The translations under genes were made by a program, and so were the position numbers. A stretch of 64,000 nucleotides of DNA, taken from NCBI RefSeq assembly GCF_963921235.1, contig NC_086108.1, positions 17,980,001-18,044,000 of the forward strand. The letters are read 5' to 3'. Every line of letters starts with the position of its first letter. Positions within the stretch are counted from its first letter, which is position 1. Of this stretch, positions 10,506 to 23,584 are shown piece after piece. Origin of the DNA: Mobula hypostoma (taxonomy: Eukaryota). Below the pieces are notes generated by a model, which did no database searches, was not told the origin of the DNA, and worked only from the letters and a program-made list of their open reading frames with translations.

Positions 10506-12215
10506 CTAAAAGCTTTTTCAAGTATATGAAGAGTAAAAGACAGGTGAGAGTAGATATAGGACCGATAGAAAATGATGCTGGAGAAATTGTAATGGGAGAT
10601 AAGGAGATGGCGGAGGAACTGAACGAGTATTTTGCATCAGTCTTCACTGAGAAAGATATCAGCAGTATACCGGACACTCAAGGGTGGCAGGGAAGAGAAG
10701 TGTGCGCAGTCACAATTATGACAGAGAAAGTCTTCAGGAAGCTGAATAGTCTAAAGGTAGATAAATCTCCTGGACCAGATGGAATGCATCCTCGTGTTCT
10801 GAAAGAAGTAGCTGTGGAGATTGCGGAGGCATTAGTGATGATCTTTCAAAAGTCGATAGATTCTGGCATGGTTCCGGAGGACTGGAAGATTGCAAATGTC
10901 ACTCCGCTATTTAAGAAGGGGGCAAGGAAGCAAAAAGGAAATTATAGACCTGTTAGCTTGACATCAGTGGTTGGGAAGTTGTTGGAGTCGATTGTCAAGG
11001 ATGAGGTTACAGAGTACCTGGAGGCATATGACAAGATAGGCAGAACTCAGCATGGATTCCTTAAAGGAAAACCCTGCCTGACAAACCTATTACAATTTTT
11101 TGAGGAAATTACAAGTAGGCTAGACAAGGGAGATGCAGTAGATGTTGTATATTTGGATTTTCAGAAGGCCTTTGACAAGGTGCCACACATGAGGCTACTT
11201 AACAAGATAAGAGCCCATGGAATTACGGGAAAGTTACATACGTGGATAGAGCATTGGCTGATTGGCAGGAAACAGAGAGTGGGAATAAAGGGATCCTATT
11301 CTGGTTGGCTGCCGGTTACCAGTGGTGTTCCACAGGGGTCCGTGTTGGGGCTGCTTCTTTTTACATTGTACATCAACGATTTGGATTATGGAATAGATGG
11401 CTTTGTAGCTAAGTTTGCTGATGATACGAAGATAGGTGGAGGGGCCGGTAGTGCTGAGGAAATGGAGAGTCTGCAGAGAGACTTGGATAGATTGGAAGAA
11501 TGGGCAAAGAAGTGGCAAATGAAGTACAATGTTGGAAAGTGTATGGTTATGCACTTTGGCAGAAGAAATAAACGGGCAGACTATTATTTTAATGGGGAGA
11601 GAATTCAAAGTTCTGAGATGCAACGGGACTTGGGAGTCCTTGTACAGGATACCCTTAAAGTTAACCTCCAGGTTGAATCGGTAGTGAAGAAGGCGAATGC
11701 AATGTTGGCATTCATTTCTAGAGGAATAGAGTAAAGGAGCAGGGATGTGATGTTGAGGCTTTATAAGGGACTGGTGAGACCTCACTTGGAGTACTGTGGG
11801 CAGTTTTGGTCTCCATATTTAAGAAAGGATGTGCTGACGTTGGAGAGGGTACAGAGAAGATTCACTAGAATGATTCCGGGAATGAGAGGGTTAACATATA
11901 AGGAACGTTTGTCCGCTCTTGGACTGTATTCCTTGGAGTTTAGAAGAATGAGGGGATAGGAGACCTCATAGAAACATTTCGGATGTTGAAAGGCATGGAC
12001 AGAGTGGATGTGGCAAAGTGGTTTCCCATGATGGGGGAGTCTAGTATGAGAGGGCATGACTGAAGGATTGAAGGGCACCCATTCAGAACAGAAATGCAAA
12101 GAAATTTTTTTAGTCAGAGGGTGGTGAATCTATGGAATTTGTTGCCACGGGCAGCAGTGGAGGCAAAGTCATTGGGTATATTTAAGACAGAGATTGATGG
12201 TATCTGAGTAGCCAG
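10506..12215 (+). pseudogene. CR1 ORF2 reverse transcriptase domain
   Basis: ORF 10526-11734 has KSPGPDG, NYRPVSLTS, QHGF, DFQKAFDKVPH, GVPQGSVLG and FADDTK. Stop at 11732 and frameshifts downstream. Confidence 0.95.
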
Positions 12216-12739
12216 GGCATCAAAGGTTATGGTGAGAAGGCGGGGGAGTGGGACTAAATGGGAGAATGGATCAGCTCATGATAAAATGGCAGAGCAGACT
12301 CGAGAGGTCGAATGGCCGACTTCTGCTTCTTTGTCTTATGGTCTTAAGAGGAAAGTTTGCCATTCACTTTTTATTCTTGAATTCTGTCATAAGTTAATGA
12401 AAAGTTTTAGTTGAAGCGGGTAGGAGAGGAGGGGTAGACAGTCAATAGTATACACAAGTAGTGGAGGGAAAGACAAGTTGTCTTCTCTTCAACCCCAAGT
12501 GATCCTGTCTCATATTGGTGCAAAACAGACTTCACTCATGTGCTCCTTTGCAATTACATTCTTAATTGATTCTGCATATCTCCATCAGAAAGCTCCATTC
12601 CCTGTCAAGTCATATTCCTATTTACTGATCACACAAGCTACTGCCACCTTACATCCCACGATGCACCTCTCCTTTTAATATCTCTGTCAATCACCTGCCT
12701 TGTGAAAATAAATTCCTTTCCATTCCTTTTATAATCATT

Positions 12740-13640
12740 TTTTCTGGATGTTAGTGTTGCTGGCAAAGCCAGTATTTATTGCCATCCCCAACTGCCCTTG
12801 AAGAGGTGATGGTGAGCTGCCCTCATGAACTGCTGCAGTCCTTCTGTTGAAGGTGCTATCACAGTGCTATTGTGGAGGGATTTCCAGGGTTTCAACAATG
12901 AAGCAACACTGATATGTTACAAAGCTAACATAGATTTTGACTTGGATAGACATCTGCAGAACTCATGATCCTGCTACCATTGCTTAGGTCACTGGCTTGA
13001 GAGATGTAGTTGGAGTAGCTTAGATGAGTAAGGAGGTGAGGGTATAGATGGTGAACAGTGCAGCCTCTGTGAATCAGTAGTGGAAGGAATAAATGATTAG
13101 CGTAGTGTATGGGGTGCCAGTAATATGGACTGCTTTGTCCTGCATGTTGTTGAATATTGATGAACCTGAAGTCATTGTTTTAAAAAACTGACCAACTGCA
13201 AGCACAGTTTCAAGGTGCTTGGAAGAAGGTACAGAGGAGATGTCAGGGGTAAGTTTTTTACACGAAGTGCATGGAGTGGGCTGCTGGCGACGGTGGTGGA
13301 GGTGGATACGTTGGGGTCTTTTTAAAGACTCCTGGTTAAGTACATGGAGCTTAGAAAAGTAGAGGGCTATGGGTAACCCTAGGTAATTTCTAAGTAAGTA
13401 CATGTTCAGCACAACATTATGGGCTGAAGGGCCTGTATTGTGCTGTAGGTTTTCTATGTTTCTATGTTTCATCCAGTCAAATGAAGTGTGTTCCTTCATA
13501 CTCCTGACTCATGCCTTGTAGATGGTGGCAAGGTTTTGGACTGTCACTCAGTGCTGGATACTCAGCATTCTCTTAAAGCCACAGTATTTATGATCCTAGT
13601 TCAAGCTGAGTTTCTGGTCAGTGGTGACCCCCCCCCCCAG
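12740..13640 (-). mobile_element. Old LINE of a second family (3' part), interrupted by a CR1 tail at ~13200-13470
   Basis: Minus strand QDKAVHITGTP...SFH remnant and a 3' end with AATAAA. The nested plus-strand CR1 tail ends TTCTATGTTTCTATGTTTC. Confidence 0.55.
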
Positions 13641-13689
13641 GTGGTTGACAAAGGAGAATTGATGACAGTAAACCCATTGAACTGGGAGG

Positions 13690-14598
13690 TGTTGCTCTTA
13701 GGGATTTCAAATGTAAAGGGAAAGTACACCATAATGTCAGGACCTTTGACAGTGTTGGTATACAGAGGGATCTTGGGGACCAAGTCCATAGCTCCCTGAA
13801 AGTGGTTGCACAGGTTGTTGGGGGATAAAGAAGGTGTATGACATTAATAGTCAACGCATTGAGTTCAAGAGTCAGAAAGATATGTAAACACGAGGAAATC
13901 TGCAGATGCTGGAATTTCAAGCAACACACATAAAAGTTGCTGGTGAATGCAGCAGGCCAGGCAGCATCTCTAGGAAGAGGTACAGTCGACGTTTCAGGCC
14001 AAGACCTGACGAAGGGTCTCGGCCCGAAACATCAACTGTACTTCTTCAGAAAGATATGTAGCAGTTTTATATACTTCTGGCTAGCCTCTATCTGGAGTGT
14101 TGCATTCATATTTGGTCACCCAAGTGTTTCAAGGCTTTGGAGAGGGTTCAGCAGAGATTTACCAGGATTCTGCCTGGATTGGTGGGTTATAAGAGGACAT
14201 CTAGACAAACCAGCGTTTTTTTCTATGGAGCAGCGGAGACTGAGGGGGAGACCTAATACATCTGTACAAAATTATGAGGGGCATAGACAAAGTAGACAGC
14301 TGATATCTTTTCCCCAGGGTTGAAATACCTATTAGTAGAGGGTATGCATTAAAGGTGAGAGAAAGAGAGCTCAAAGGAGATGTGCAGGGTAAATGTTTTA
14401 CACAGGGAGTAGTGGTGAAGTCAGAGAGGATAGAGGTGCTGAAGAGGCTGTCAGGTACATGAGTATGCAGAGGATGGAGGGATTTGGACCATGTAAGAGC
14501 AGAAGGGATTAGTTTTGGTTGTCATTAGCTCAATTTGTTCAGTACGACATGGTAGGCTGAAGGGTCAGATTTTATACTGGACTGTTTTATGTTCTATG
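13690..14598 (+). mobile_element. Degenerate CR1 3' portion
   Basis: RDLG, EFKS, QQRFTR remnants and the CR1 3'UTR/tail. Confidence 0.75.
13887..14045 (-). mobile_element. Penelope pLTR mini-insertion with inversion at the hammerhead
   Basis: 15-bp TSD TCAGAAAGATATGTA (13872-13886 and 14046-14060). Contains CTGACGAAGGGTCTCGGCCCGAAAC at 14006-14030. Confidence 0.85.
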
Positions 14599-14774
14599 AA
14601 TGTCCAGGGTAGGTCATTAAAATTCACCTGTGTTGGAAGTTTTGCTTCTCCCTTCTTCAAATGTAAAGATGTGGTGGTTTGTATGTAGGTAGGACATTGC
14701 CAATCATATTCCACCTCAGAGTCTCTCTCTCTCTGGGAAATTAATGTTGTTCAGACTCCCATTTGGCCCTTAAC

Positions 14775-14854
14775 CAGTGGTTCCCAAACTTTTTTATGCC
14801 ATGGACCAATAACATTCAGCAAGGAGTCTGCGGACCCTAGGTTGGGAACCCCTA
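14775..14854. mobile_element. hAT MITE, ~80 bp (opposite orientation)
   Basis: CAGTGGTTCCCAAAC...GGTTGGGAACCCCTA. Confidence 0.75.
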
Positions 14855-15390
14855 GTCTAAGCTTTTAATGATACTTCACTCTTGCAATCAAGACAGGTCA
14901 ACCTTCATCCTACCTTCTGTGGTGCCCAGTGAAGCAGGTGGTTGTCATTGGTGGAGATGCTGCCAAGGTGATGTTAGGTTGGCAGGGCACTCTAGCAATG
15001 ATAAAGAAGGAAATCATGTTTAGATGGTAGCACTCCCAGTCTCAGGAAATCCCAGCCTACCTCACAACCAATGACGTATATTCATTATCATCCTGTGTTG
15101 TACATGCCACAAGGCCAAAACCCACCAACAATGATCTGACAGCTGTCAAGATAATTTGCTTTTTCACTTCTGGTTCAAAACTAACTTTCAGGAAGATAGG
15201 GAGAACTCACTTGCATCTGTTGGAACTTGTACCTTTTTATCTTTTAACTAAGAATTTCAGGATGTATATTTCATACATTTCTCTGACACTAAATGTACCT
15301 ATTGAAACCTTGAGAACATAGATGGGAGTTGGATTAAATCTCATTCAAAACTAAATACATGAGGTTTCCCAGTGATTTACGTAAAGTCCT

Positions 15391-17100
15391 CATAGAACCA
15401 TAGAACCACAGAACACTATAGCACAGAAAACAGGCCATTAGGCCCTTCTAGTCTGTGCTAAAACTTTACTCCACTAGTCCCATTGACCTGCACCCAGTTC
15501 ATAACCCTCCAGACCTCTCCCATCCATGTATCTATCCAATGTATTCTTAAAACTTAAGCATTTACCACGTCAGATGGCAGCTCGTTTCAGACTCCCACCA
15601 CTCTCTGAGTGAAGAAGTTCCCCCAATGTTCCCCCTAGACCTTTCTCCTTTCACCCTAAAGCCATGTCCTCTTGTATTTATCTCTCTAAATCTAAGTGGA
15701 AAGAGCCCTCTTGCATTTACTCTGTCTATACCCCTCATAATTTTGTAAACCTCTATCAAATCTCCCCTCATTCTTCTACGCTCCAAGGAATAAAGTTTAA
15801 TCTTTAATCTTGTTTAATCCTGTATAATCTTTCCCTGTAACTCAACTCCTGAAGACCCAGCAACATCCTAGTAAATCTTCTCTGCACTCTTTCAATCTTA
15901 CTGATATCCTTCCTATAGTTACGTGACCAGAACTGCACACAATACTCCAAATTTGGCCTCACCAATGTCTTATACAACCTCACCATAACATCCCAACTCC
16001 TATACTCAATACTTTGATTTTTGAATGCCAGGATGCCAAAAGCCTTCTTAACAACCCGATTCTACCTGTGACACTACTTTCAGGGAATTATGTATCTGAA
16101 CTTCAGATCCCTTTGTTCCTCCGCACTCCTCAGTGCCCTACCATTTACTGTGTATGTCCTATCTTGATTTGTCCTTCCAAAATGCAACACCTCACACTTG
16201 TCTGCATTAAATTCCATCTGCCATTTTCTGGCCCATTTTTCCAGTTGGTCCAGATCCCTCTGCAAGCTTGGAAAGCCTTCCTTGCTGTCCACAATGCCTC
16301 TAATCTTAGTGTCATCAGCAAACTTGCTGATCCAATTTACCACATTATCATCTAGATCATTGATATAGACAACAAGCAACAATGGTCCCAGCACAGATCC
16401 CTGAGGCACACCACTAGTCACAGGCCTACAGTCTGATAAGCAATCATCCACTATCACTCTCTGTCTTCTCCCACACAGCCAATTTCGAATTCAGTTTACG
16501 ACCTCTCCATGGATACCTAGTGTCTGAACCTTCTAAACTAACCTCCCATGTGGGACCTTGTCAAAGGCCTTACTAAAGTCCATGTAGACAACATCCACAG
16601 CCTTTCCTTCATCTATTTTCTTGGTAACCTCCTCGAGAAATTCTGCAAGATTCGTTAAACATGATCTACCATGCACAAAGCCATGTTGACTATCCTTAAT
16701 CAGCCCTTGGCTGTCCAATATCTGATCTCTCAGAACACCTTCCAATAATTTACCTACTACTGATGTCAGGCTCACAGGCCTGTAATTACCTGGTGTACTT
16801 TTGGAGCTTTTTTTAAACATCGGAACAACATGAGCTACCCTCCAAACCTCTGGCACCACACCTGAGGCTAAGGACATTTGAAATATTTCTGCCAGGGCCC
16901 CTGCAATTTCTACACTAGTCTCTCTCAAGGTCTGAGGAAATATCATGTCAGGCCCGAAGGATTTATCTACCTTTATTTGCTGTAAGGTAGCAAGCACCTC
17001 TTCCTCTTTAATCTCTATATGTTCTATGACACTACTGCTTGTTTCCCTTCCTTCCATATATGCTATGCCAGCTTCCTGAGTAAATACTGATGCAAAAATA
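15391..17100 (-). mobile_element. 5'-truncated CR1 LINE (RT pseudogene)
   Basis: Minus ORFs 16533-17153, 16080-16457 (FADDTK), 15804-15986 and 15562-15786. Tail (CATAGAAC)n at 15391. Confidence 0.95.
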
Positions 17101-17279
17101 CTGTTGCTATACTGTACTGGGAATGCTCTATATTGCCATACTCCATATCTCATTATGATTTAGAGTCTATTGAGTATGTTCATGCCTAGGGTAATCCCAT
17201 TATCCCTTTGTAATCCTGTAATCTATTCTTCCTGCATTCCTATCAAATTATCGTGTGCATTTCTAGTTGTCCCATTAGA

Positions 17280-18180
17280 GGAAGAATATGGAAGTTTTGG
17301 AAAGGGTAAAGAAGGGTTTTGCCAGGATGCTGCCTCGATTAGAAGTTATGAGCTATGAAAAAAGAGGTTGGACAGAATTTATCTGTTTTTGTGGAACATT
17401 GGAGGCTAAGGAGAAACCCAACGGAATTTAATAAAATAATGAGGCAAAGATAGGGCAGACAGTCAAAGACTTTCTCACAGGGTCGAAGTGTCAAACACAA
17501 TTTCAAATTTCAAGACAGAAAGCAAGGTTAATGGCAGGATTCTTAGCAGTGCAGAGAATCTTGGGGTCCATATTGATAGATCTCTCAGAGTTGCCACACA
17601 AGTCGATTGGTGTGTTGGCTTTTTCTATGTCGAGGAATGAGTTCAAGAACTGCGAGGTAATGTTATAGCTCTATAAAACGCTGGTTAGACCACACAGGAT
17701 ATTATGCTCAGTTCTGATCACCTCATTATAAGAAGGATGTGGAAGCTTTAGAGAGGCTGTAGAGGAGATTTACCAGATGCTGCCTGGATTGGAGAACATG
17801 ATTTATGAAGAAAGATTGAATGAGGTAGGGCTTTTCTCTTTGGAGCGAAGAAGGATAAGAGGTGACTTTGCAGAGGTGTACAAGATGATAAGAGGCATAG
17901 TTAGCGTGGCATAGAGGCATAGAGACATTTTTTCCAGGGCAGAAATTTCTAATATGAGGGGACATATTTTTAAGGTGATTGGAGGAAAGTAGAGTGGGTT
18001 TCAGAGCTAAGTTTTTCACACAGAGATTAATAGGTGATTGGAACGCACTGATAAGGTAGTGATAGAGGTAAATACAAAAGTGACAATTAAGAGACTCTTA
18101 GACAAGCACATGGACGAAATAAAAATGGAGGATTGTGTGGGAGAGAAAGGCTAGACTGATCTTAGAGTAGGTTAAAAGGT
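17280..18180 (+). mobile_element. Two adjacent degenerate CR1 3' fragments
   Basis: Repeated RFTR.LP / YKTLVRPH / RKDVEALE remnants. Confidence 0.7.
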
Positions 18181-18339
18181 TCCAATGGTTCAAGTGTTTA
18201 GTTTATTATCGGAAAATGTATACAGTATACAACCTGAAATACCCGTCTTCGCAGACATCCATGAAAAACAGACGAACCCAACAGGAATGGATGACAGAAA
18301 AACTATAGAACTCCAAAGGCCCCCTCCCCCTCCCCCCAC

Positions 18340-19021
18340 AGAGCGGACAGAGCGTAGGTGTTTAGCAAAACGATCTCTATGGGAGATCTCCACGCTCTGT
18401 CCGCCAGAGAAAGCAGGATCTCCCAGTGGCCACATGTTTTAATTCCACATCCCATTCCCATTCTGATATGTCTATCCACGGCCTCCTCTATTGTAAAGAT
18501 GAAACCACACTCAGGTTGGAGGAACAACACCTTATATTCCGTCTGGGTAGCCTCCAACCTGATGACATGACCATTGACATCTCAAACTTCCACTAATGCC
18601 CCACCTCCCTCTCGTACCCCATCCCTTATTTATTTATATACACACATTCTTTCTCTCTCTCTCTCCCTCCTTTTTCTCCCTCTGTCCCTCTGACTATACC
18701 CCTTGCCCATCCTCTGGGGTTTTTTCCCTCCTCCCTAGGCCTCCTGTCCCATGATCCTCTCATATCCCTTTTGCCAATCAACTGTCCAGCTCTTGGCTCC
18801 ATCCCTCCCCCTCCTGTCTTCTCTTATCATTTTGGATCTCCCCCTCCCCCTCCCACTTTCAAATCTCTTACTAGCTCTTCCTTCAGTTAGTCCTGACGAA
18901 GGGTCTCAGCCCGAAACGTGGACTGTACCTCTTCCTAGAGATGCTGCCTAGCCTGCTGCGTTCACCAGCAACTTTGATGTGTGTTACTTGAATTACCAGC
19001 ATCTGCAGAATCCCTCGTGTT
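18340..19021 (+). mobile_element. Penelope-like element 3' end (GIY-YIG C-terminus + pLTR) with short 5' inversion
   Basis: Plus frame DLPVAT.FNSTSHSHSDMSIHGLLYCKDETTLRLEEQHLIFRLGSLQPD (~18415-18596). Inverted DRFAKHLRSVR piece at ~18340-18378. pLTR with hammerhead at 18889-18924. Confidence 0.9.
18889..18924 (+). ncRNA. Hammerhead motif with GUG at the cleavage triplet (probably inactive)
   Basis: AGTC-CTGACGA-AGGGTCTCAGCCC-GAAAC-GTG-GACT violates the NUH rule. Confidence 0.6.
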
Positions 19022-19441
19022 TTCAGAGAGATGTCATCTATTTTCACAGCGAAAGAGGAGAGTGATAGTTGTTGTTACAATATTATAGTCTGTCACATCC
19101 CTTTTCCATACATCCACCACAGTGAAATCCTGAGCTTCCATCTCCTGCGACACCTCAGTCAGCAACACCAGCCTGAAATTGGCCATCCACAAGGCCGCAT
19201 CCTGGAGGCGCCATCTTCCAACTTGTGCCTGGAGAATATCGGAAAACAGTTGGCCAAAGAGCTCCAGGAGCGGGCTCTCATCCACTATAAAAAAACACAG
19301 TTTTGAGTGCTACTTGCAGAACAGGACCCCAGTAGAACGCCAACCACCTTAAAAACAAATAAAGAGACAATAAAGAGAGGAATTACGCTGTTTTTTGCAG
19401 ATGGGCTTGAAGGGCCTGTACCATGCTGGAGTTCTATGTTC

Positions 19442-20273
19442 TGCCATAGTTGGATGCATCAGCAAGGGAGATGAGGCTGAGTACAGGGCTACGGTAGGAA
19501 ACTTTGTCACATGGTGTGAGCAGGTTATCTGCAGCTTAATGTGAAAAAGACTAAGGAGCTGGTGGTAGACCTGAGGAGAGCTGTTTCCATCCAGGGGGTC
19601 AGTGTGGACATGGTGGAGGATTACAAATACCTGGGGATATGAATTGACAATAAACTGGACTGGTCTAAGAACACTGAGGCTGTCTACAAGAAGGGTCAGA
19701 GCTGTCTCTATTGCCTGAGGAGACTGAGGTCCTTTAACATCTGCCAGACGATGCCGAGGATGTTCTACGAGTCTGTGGTGGCCAGTGCTATCATGTTTGC
19801 TGTTGTGTGCTGGGGCAGCAGGCTGAGGGTAGCAGACACCAACAGAATCAACAAACTCATTAGTAAGGCCAGTGATGTTGTAGGGATGGAACTGGACTCT
19901 CTCACGGTGGTGTCTGAAAAGAGGATGCTGTCTAAGTTGCATGCCATCTCGGTCAATGTCTCCCATCCACTACATAATGTACTGGGTGGGTACAGGAGTA
20001 CATTCAGCCAGAGACTCATTCCTCCGAGATGCAGCACAGAGTGGCATAGGAAGTCATTCCTGCCTGTGGCCATCAAACTTTACAACTCCTCCCTTGGAGG
20101 GTCAGACACCCTGAGCCGATAGGCTGGTCCTGGATTTATTTCATAATTTACTGGCATAATTTACATATTACTATTTAACTATTTATGATTCTATTACTAG
20201 TTATTATTTATGGTGCAACTGTAACGAAAACTAATTTCCCCCGAGATCAATAAAGTATGACTAAGACTACTAT
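19442..20273 (+). mobile_element. Rex1/Babar-type LINE, 3' portion
   Basis: LNVKKTKELVVDLRR, YKYLG, KKGQS.LY.LRRL and FYESVVASAIMFAVVCWG (ORF 19751-20122). AATAAA plus (TATGAC)n tail. Confidence 0.85.
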
Positions 20274-21506
20274 GTACTGGAGGGCATTCATTTAAGGTGA
20301 GGGGAGAAAGTTTAAAGGAGATGTGTGTATCACAGAGAGTGATGGGTGCCTGGAATTGCTCCTGCGATGGTGGTAGAAACAGATATGATAATGGCTTTCA
20401 AGAGGCTGTTAGACAAATGAATATGTGGGGATTGCAGGGATATGTAGCCAGAAGAGTTTAGTTAAATCAGGTCTGTTGTTTGATGTAGACATTATTGGCT
20501 GAGGGACCTGTGCCTGCGCTGTTCTATGTTCTAACACTCTGCAGCTTCTACTATACACCTACACTCCAGAGGCAATTTACAGCAGTAAATCGATTTGCCA
20601 GCTCACATTTGTTAGAAATGTGGGAAGAAACCAGAGCACATGGAGAAAGCCCACGAGGTCACAGCAACTTGTGCAGACTCCACATAGACAGCACCATAGG
20701 TTACCGGAGGTGTAAGGTTGCAGATCTGCGAGTCACAAACTGTGCTCTTCCTGGAGAGGGACTCTTGCTGACCCACTCCTGCACTTAATGCATCTTGTGA
20801 TGGTTCTGAATTTGCCTTTTGATCACACTGTGCCCAATGCTGGATCAGGGAGCTCCAATGCTATAGGAGCAACAAAGGGTTTCTTCTGCCTCTATGTTTG
20901 AAAGGCTTCTCACCAGCTCTTCATCTTTCTCTACCTGCTGTGACTCTAACATGGCTCATGTTTCTTTCATCCCATGTTGCTGATATCTGTCTGTCTGTCT
21001 GTCTGTCTTTCCCCACCCCCTCCTCCCAAACCCTCTCTCCATTAACACAAGCAGTGCAGGATTTAGAGAGCTGCTCTATAATGAATTCCTCTGTGGCTGT
21101 ACACACACAAAATCTCCTCACCTCATTACAGAGCTCAAAGGTGTCAAATTAAAACATGCCCAATGGGAGGAAGAATTGAGAGGAAAGGACAAGGGATGGA
21201 TGGAATAATGAATTTGGAATTGGAAATTCAGACGCCTGACTAAGAAGAAGCAGAAACATTTGTAGTTTGTTTGGAATGCTAAGCCTGTTTTTTGTTATCA
21301 TCAGTAAGTTTCCAGAAGCAAACATAGGGAATGCTGAAAACATTCCCAAGTCAGAGAGCAAAAAACAGGCAACATTTCTAACTTGTGACCCTCTGGTGGA
21401 CTGGGGAAGAAACCTGATAATTTTCAGTTTCTGTGGAAGTGGAGTAATGGTGTTTAGAGATGTCAGATACTAGAGGGCAGATGTATAAGATGTGCGAGGG
21501 ATTGAT

Positions 21507-22922
21507 TAATGATTATAGGCCAGTTGCTCTGACTTCAGTAGTTACGAAAACTTTTGAACATCTGGTAAGTCCATCACCGATCCTCTTCTTGACCCTACAA
21601 TTTGCTTATTGAGCAAATTTCTCAGTTGAGGATACAGTTACTGTGTGCTTTCATCACATTCTTCAACATTTGGACTCCCCCCTCCCCCCCAACACCTACT
21701 GTATATGACGATCTTGTTTGTGGATATTAACTCCGCCTTCAACACTATTGTTCTGGTAACCCAGCGAGCTGTAGCCTACAGTATCTGTTAGTGGATTATG
21801 AACTTCCTGACAGGAAAGGAGCAGTATGTAAGGCTGGGCTCCTGCTTGTTCAATCCAATGTCTGTACACAGAAACTCTCCACAGGGCTGTGTTCTTTTAC
21901 CCCACCTGCTCTCACTTAATACAAATGACTGCCTCCACAGACAAATCCATTAAAATCATAAAGTTTGCGGATTACACGACTGCAGTTGGTCTCATCTCTA
22001 ATAATTATGTGACCTGCTATCAAAGAGAGGTAGACCATCTCGCAGCATGGTGTGCTTGTAACAAATTGAAGCTAAATGCAGTGGAAATGAAGATTGACTT
22101 CCACTGACAACCCCCTATCCGCCGGAAATTAATGGTCAGGCTGTGTCTGTGGTTGAGTAATTCTAATTCCTGGGGACGACCATTACCAATACATTGAAGT
22201 GGGACACAAACATTACACTCGTCACAAAGAAAACCCAGCTAAGATTATTCTTCCTACGCCAGTTTAGGACTTAACATATCAGGTTGTATCCTGATGAATT
22301 TTTACTCAGCAATCATTGAGAGTGTTGTGACCACCTCCATCAACATTTGGTTTCCTGCTGTCTCCTCCTTCTCCAGGTCCAGGTTGCAGTGCGTGGTCCA
22401 TTCAGCAGAGAAGATTATTGGCTGTCAACTACTGACATTAGAATTCCTGTTCATTGCCAGAGAAAAGGAAAGAGCTGAAAAGATTGTCAATGATTCAATC
22501 CACCTGAGCCATCACCAATTCACCCAAATTGCCATCAGGGAGATACTACAAATCCATCACAAGCAGGACTACACGTCAACCCTGAAGCTTCTTTCCTGTA
22601 GCTATCCAGTTTCTCAACAAAACTTACTCAGATGTAATACCCTACCTGTCCCTGCTCAACATCTGTTAATGGTCTTTCCTCTTCTCCTCATTCTGTAAAT
22701 ATTTAATCTGTTCATATGTTCACATTTATTTAAGTTTGACTATTGACTTTTGAACATGTGAACATTCTGTTAATTGTTGATTGCTCATGACTGAATTATT
22801 GCCTTTAAATTGTTGGTTGCTATTGTTTTGTCTGTTATGGTATTGTCCTGTGTTTTATGCTTGGCACCGAACCACAATCAGTTCCACCATGTTTCACCTA
22901 CTGGCAAGGAAGTGATTCTGAA
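21507..22922 (+). mobile_element. Degenerate Rex1/Babar LINE RT region
   Basis: NDYRPVALTSVV.KTFEHL, D.NSAFNTI, SPQGCV, KFADYT and FYSAIIESV.T remnants. Confidence 0.85.
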
Positions 22923-23299
22923 AGTCTGAGGGGGATTTACAGGGCAAGCTTTTTGCATAGAGCAGTAGGTGCCGAGAATGCTGCAGGGGAAATGGTGGAA
23001 GTAGATATGATAGCAACATTTTAGAGACATTTAGATATGTACACAAATAGGCAGCAAAAATGTCAGAGCTACCTTGGTACTATGGTAGGACCATAACCCA
23101 ATCAACAAAACATGATTGATCTTTGGTAATATATGTTCAATGCACTTCCCAGCCTCATCAGTCTTTTGGAGAAAAGACATTCATTATCTGACTACATTGC
23201 GCATGAAGAAACACTTTCTTATACCATCCACGAGTAGATAAAGCGCATAGAAAAACTTGTGTCACATTTGTCTCATCAAACATCCTCAAGGAGGATAGC

Positions 23300-23500
23300 A
23301 GAGGTTAGATACATTGTCCCATCACATACTCCCAGTACAGGATAGATGGTTTAGACACAAGGTAAAGTTCCCTTTGTACTGTCCCATCACACACTCAGAG
23401 GGAAGGAACAGACGGATTAGATACAGAGCAAAGCTCCATCAAACACCGTTCCATCACACACTCGCAAGACAGGCTAGATATAGAGTGCATCTCCCTCTAC
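23300..23500. repeat. Dispersed ~60-bp minisatellite (GGTTAGATACAGAGTAAAGCTCCCT...CATCACACACTC-like)
   Basis: Three to four diverged tandem units; related units at 53925-54115. Confidence 0.65.
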
Positions 23501-23502
23501 AT

Positions 23503-23584
23503 CTGGGGTTCCCAGCCTTTTGTTTATGCCACGGACATTTACCATTAACCAAGCGGCTCATGGACCTCAAGTTGGGATCCTGTG
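23503..23584. mobile_element. hAT MITE, ~80 bp
   Basis: CTGGGGTTCCCAGCC...GTTGGGATCCTGTG; TSD CTCTACAT / CTCTACAC. Confidence 0.75.

Larger units (their letters stand above)
6228..12346 (+). mobile_element. Near-full-length CR1 LINE (5'UTR, ORF1, ORF2, tail), inactivated and split by a Tigger element
   Basis: Co-linear order of 5'UTR repeats, Cys-rich/coiled-coil plus esterase ORF1, APE and RT domains, and a (TCTTATGG)-like tail. Confidence 0.95.

Noticed and set aside
10526..11734. 402-aa RT ORF as an active or domesticated gene (or a retron/DGR-type RT)
   Set aside because: It is a standard CR1 ORF2 segment, bounded by a transposon insertion upstream and a premature stop downstream.
19031..19306. 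91-aa ORF in apparently unique sequence
   Set aside because: It seems to be the body of a minus-strand non-coding repeat (tail near 18190) interrupted by the Penelope insertion; no domain recognised.
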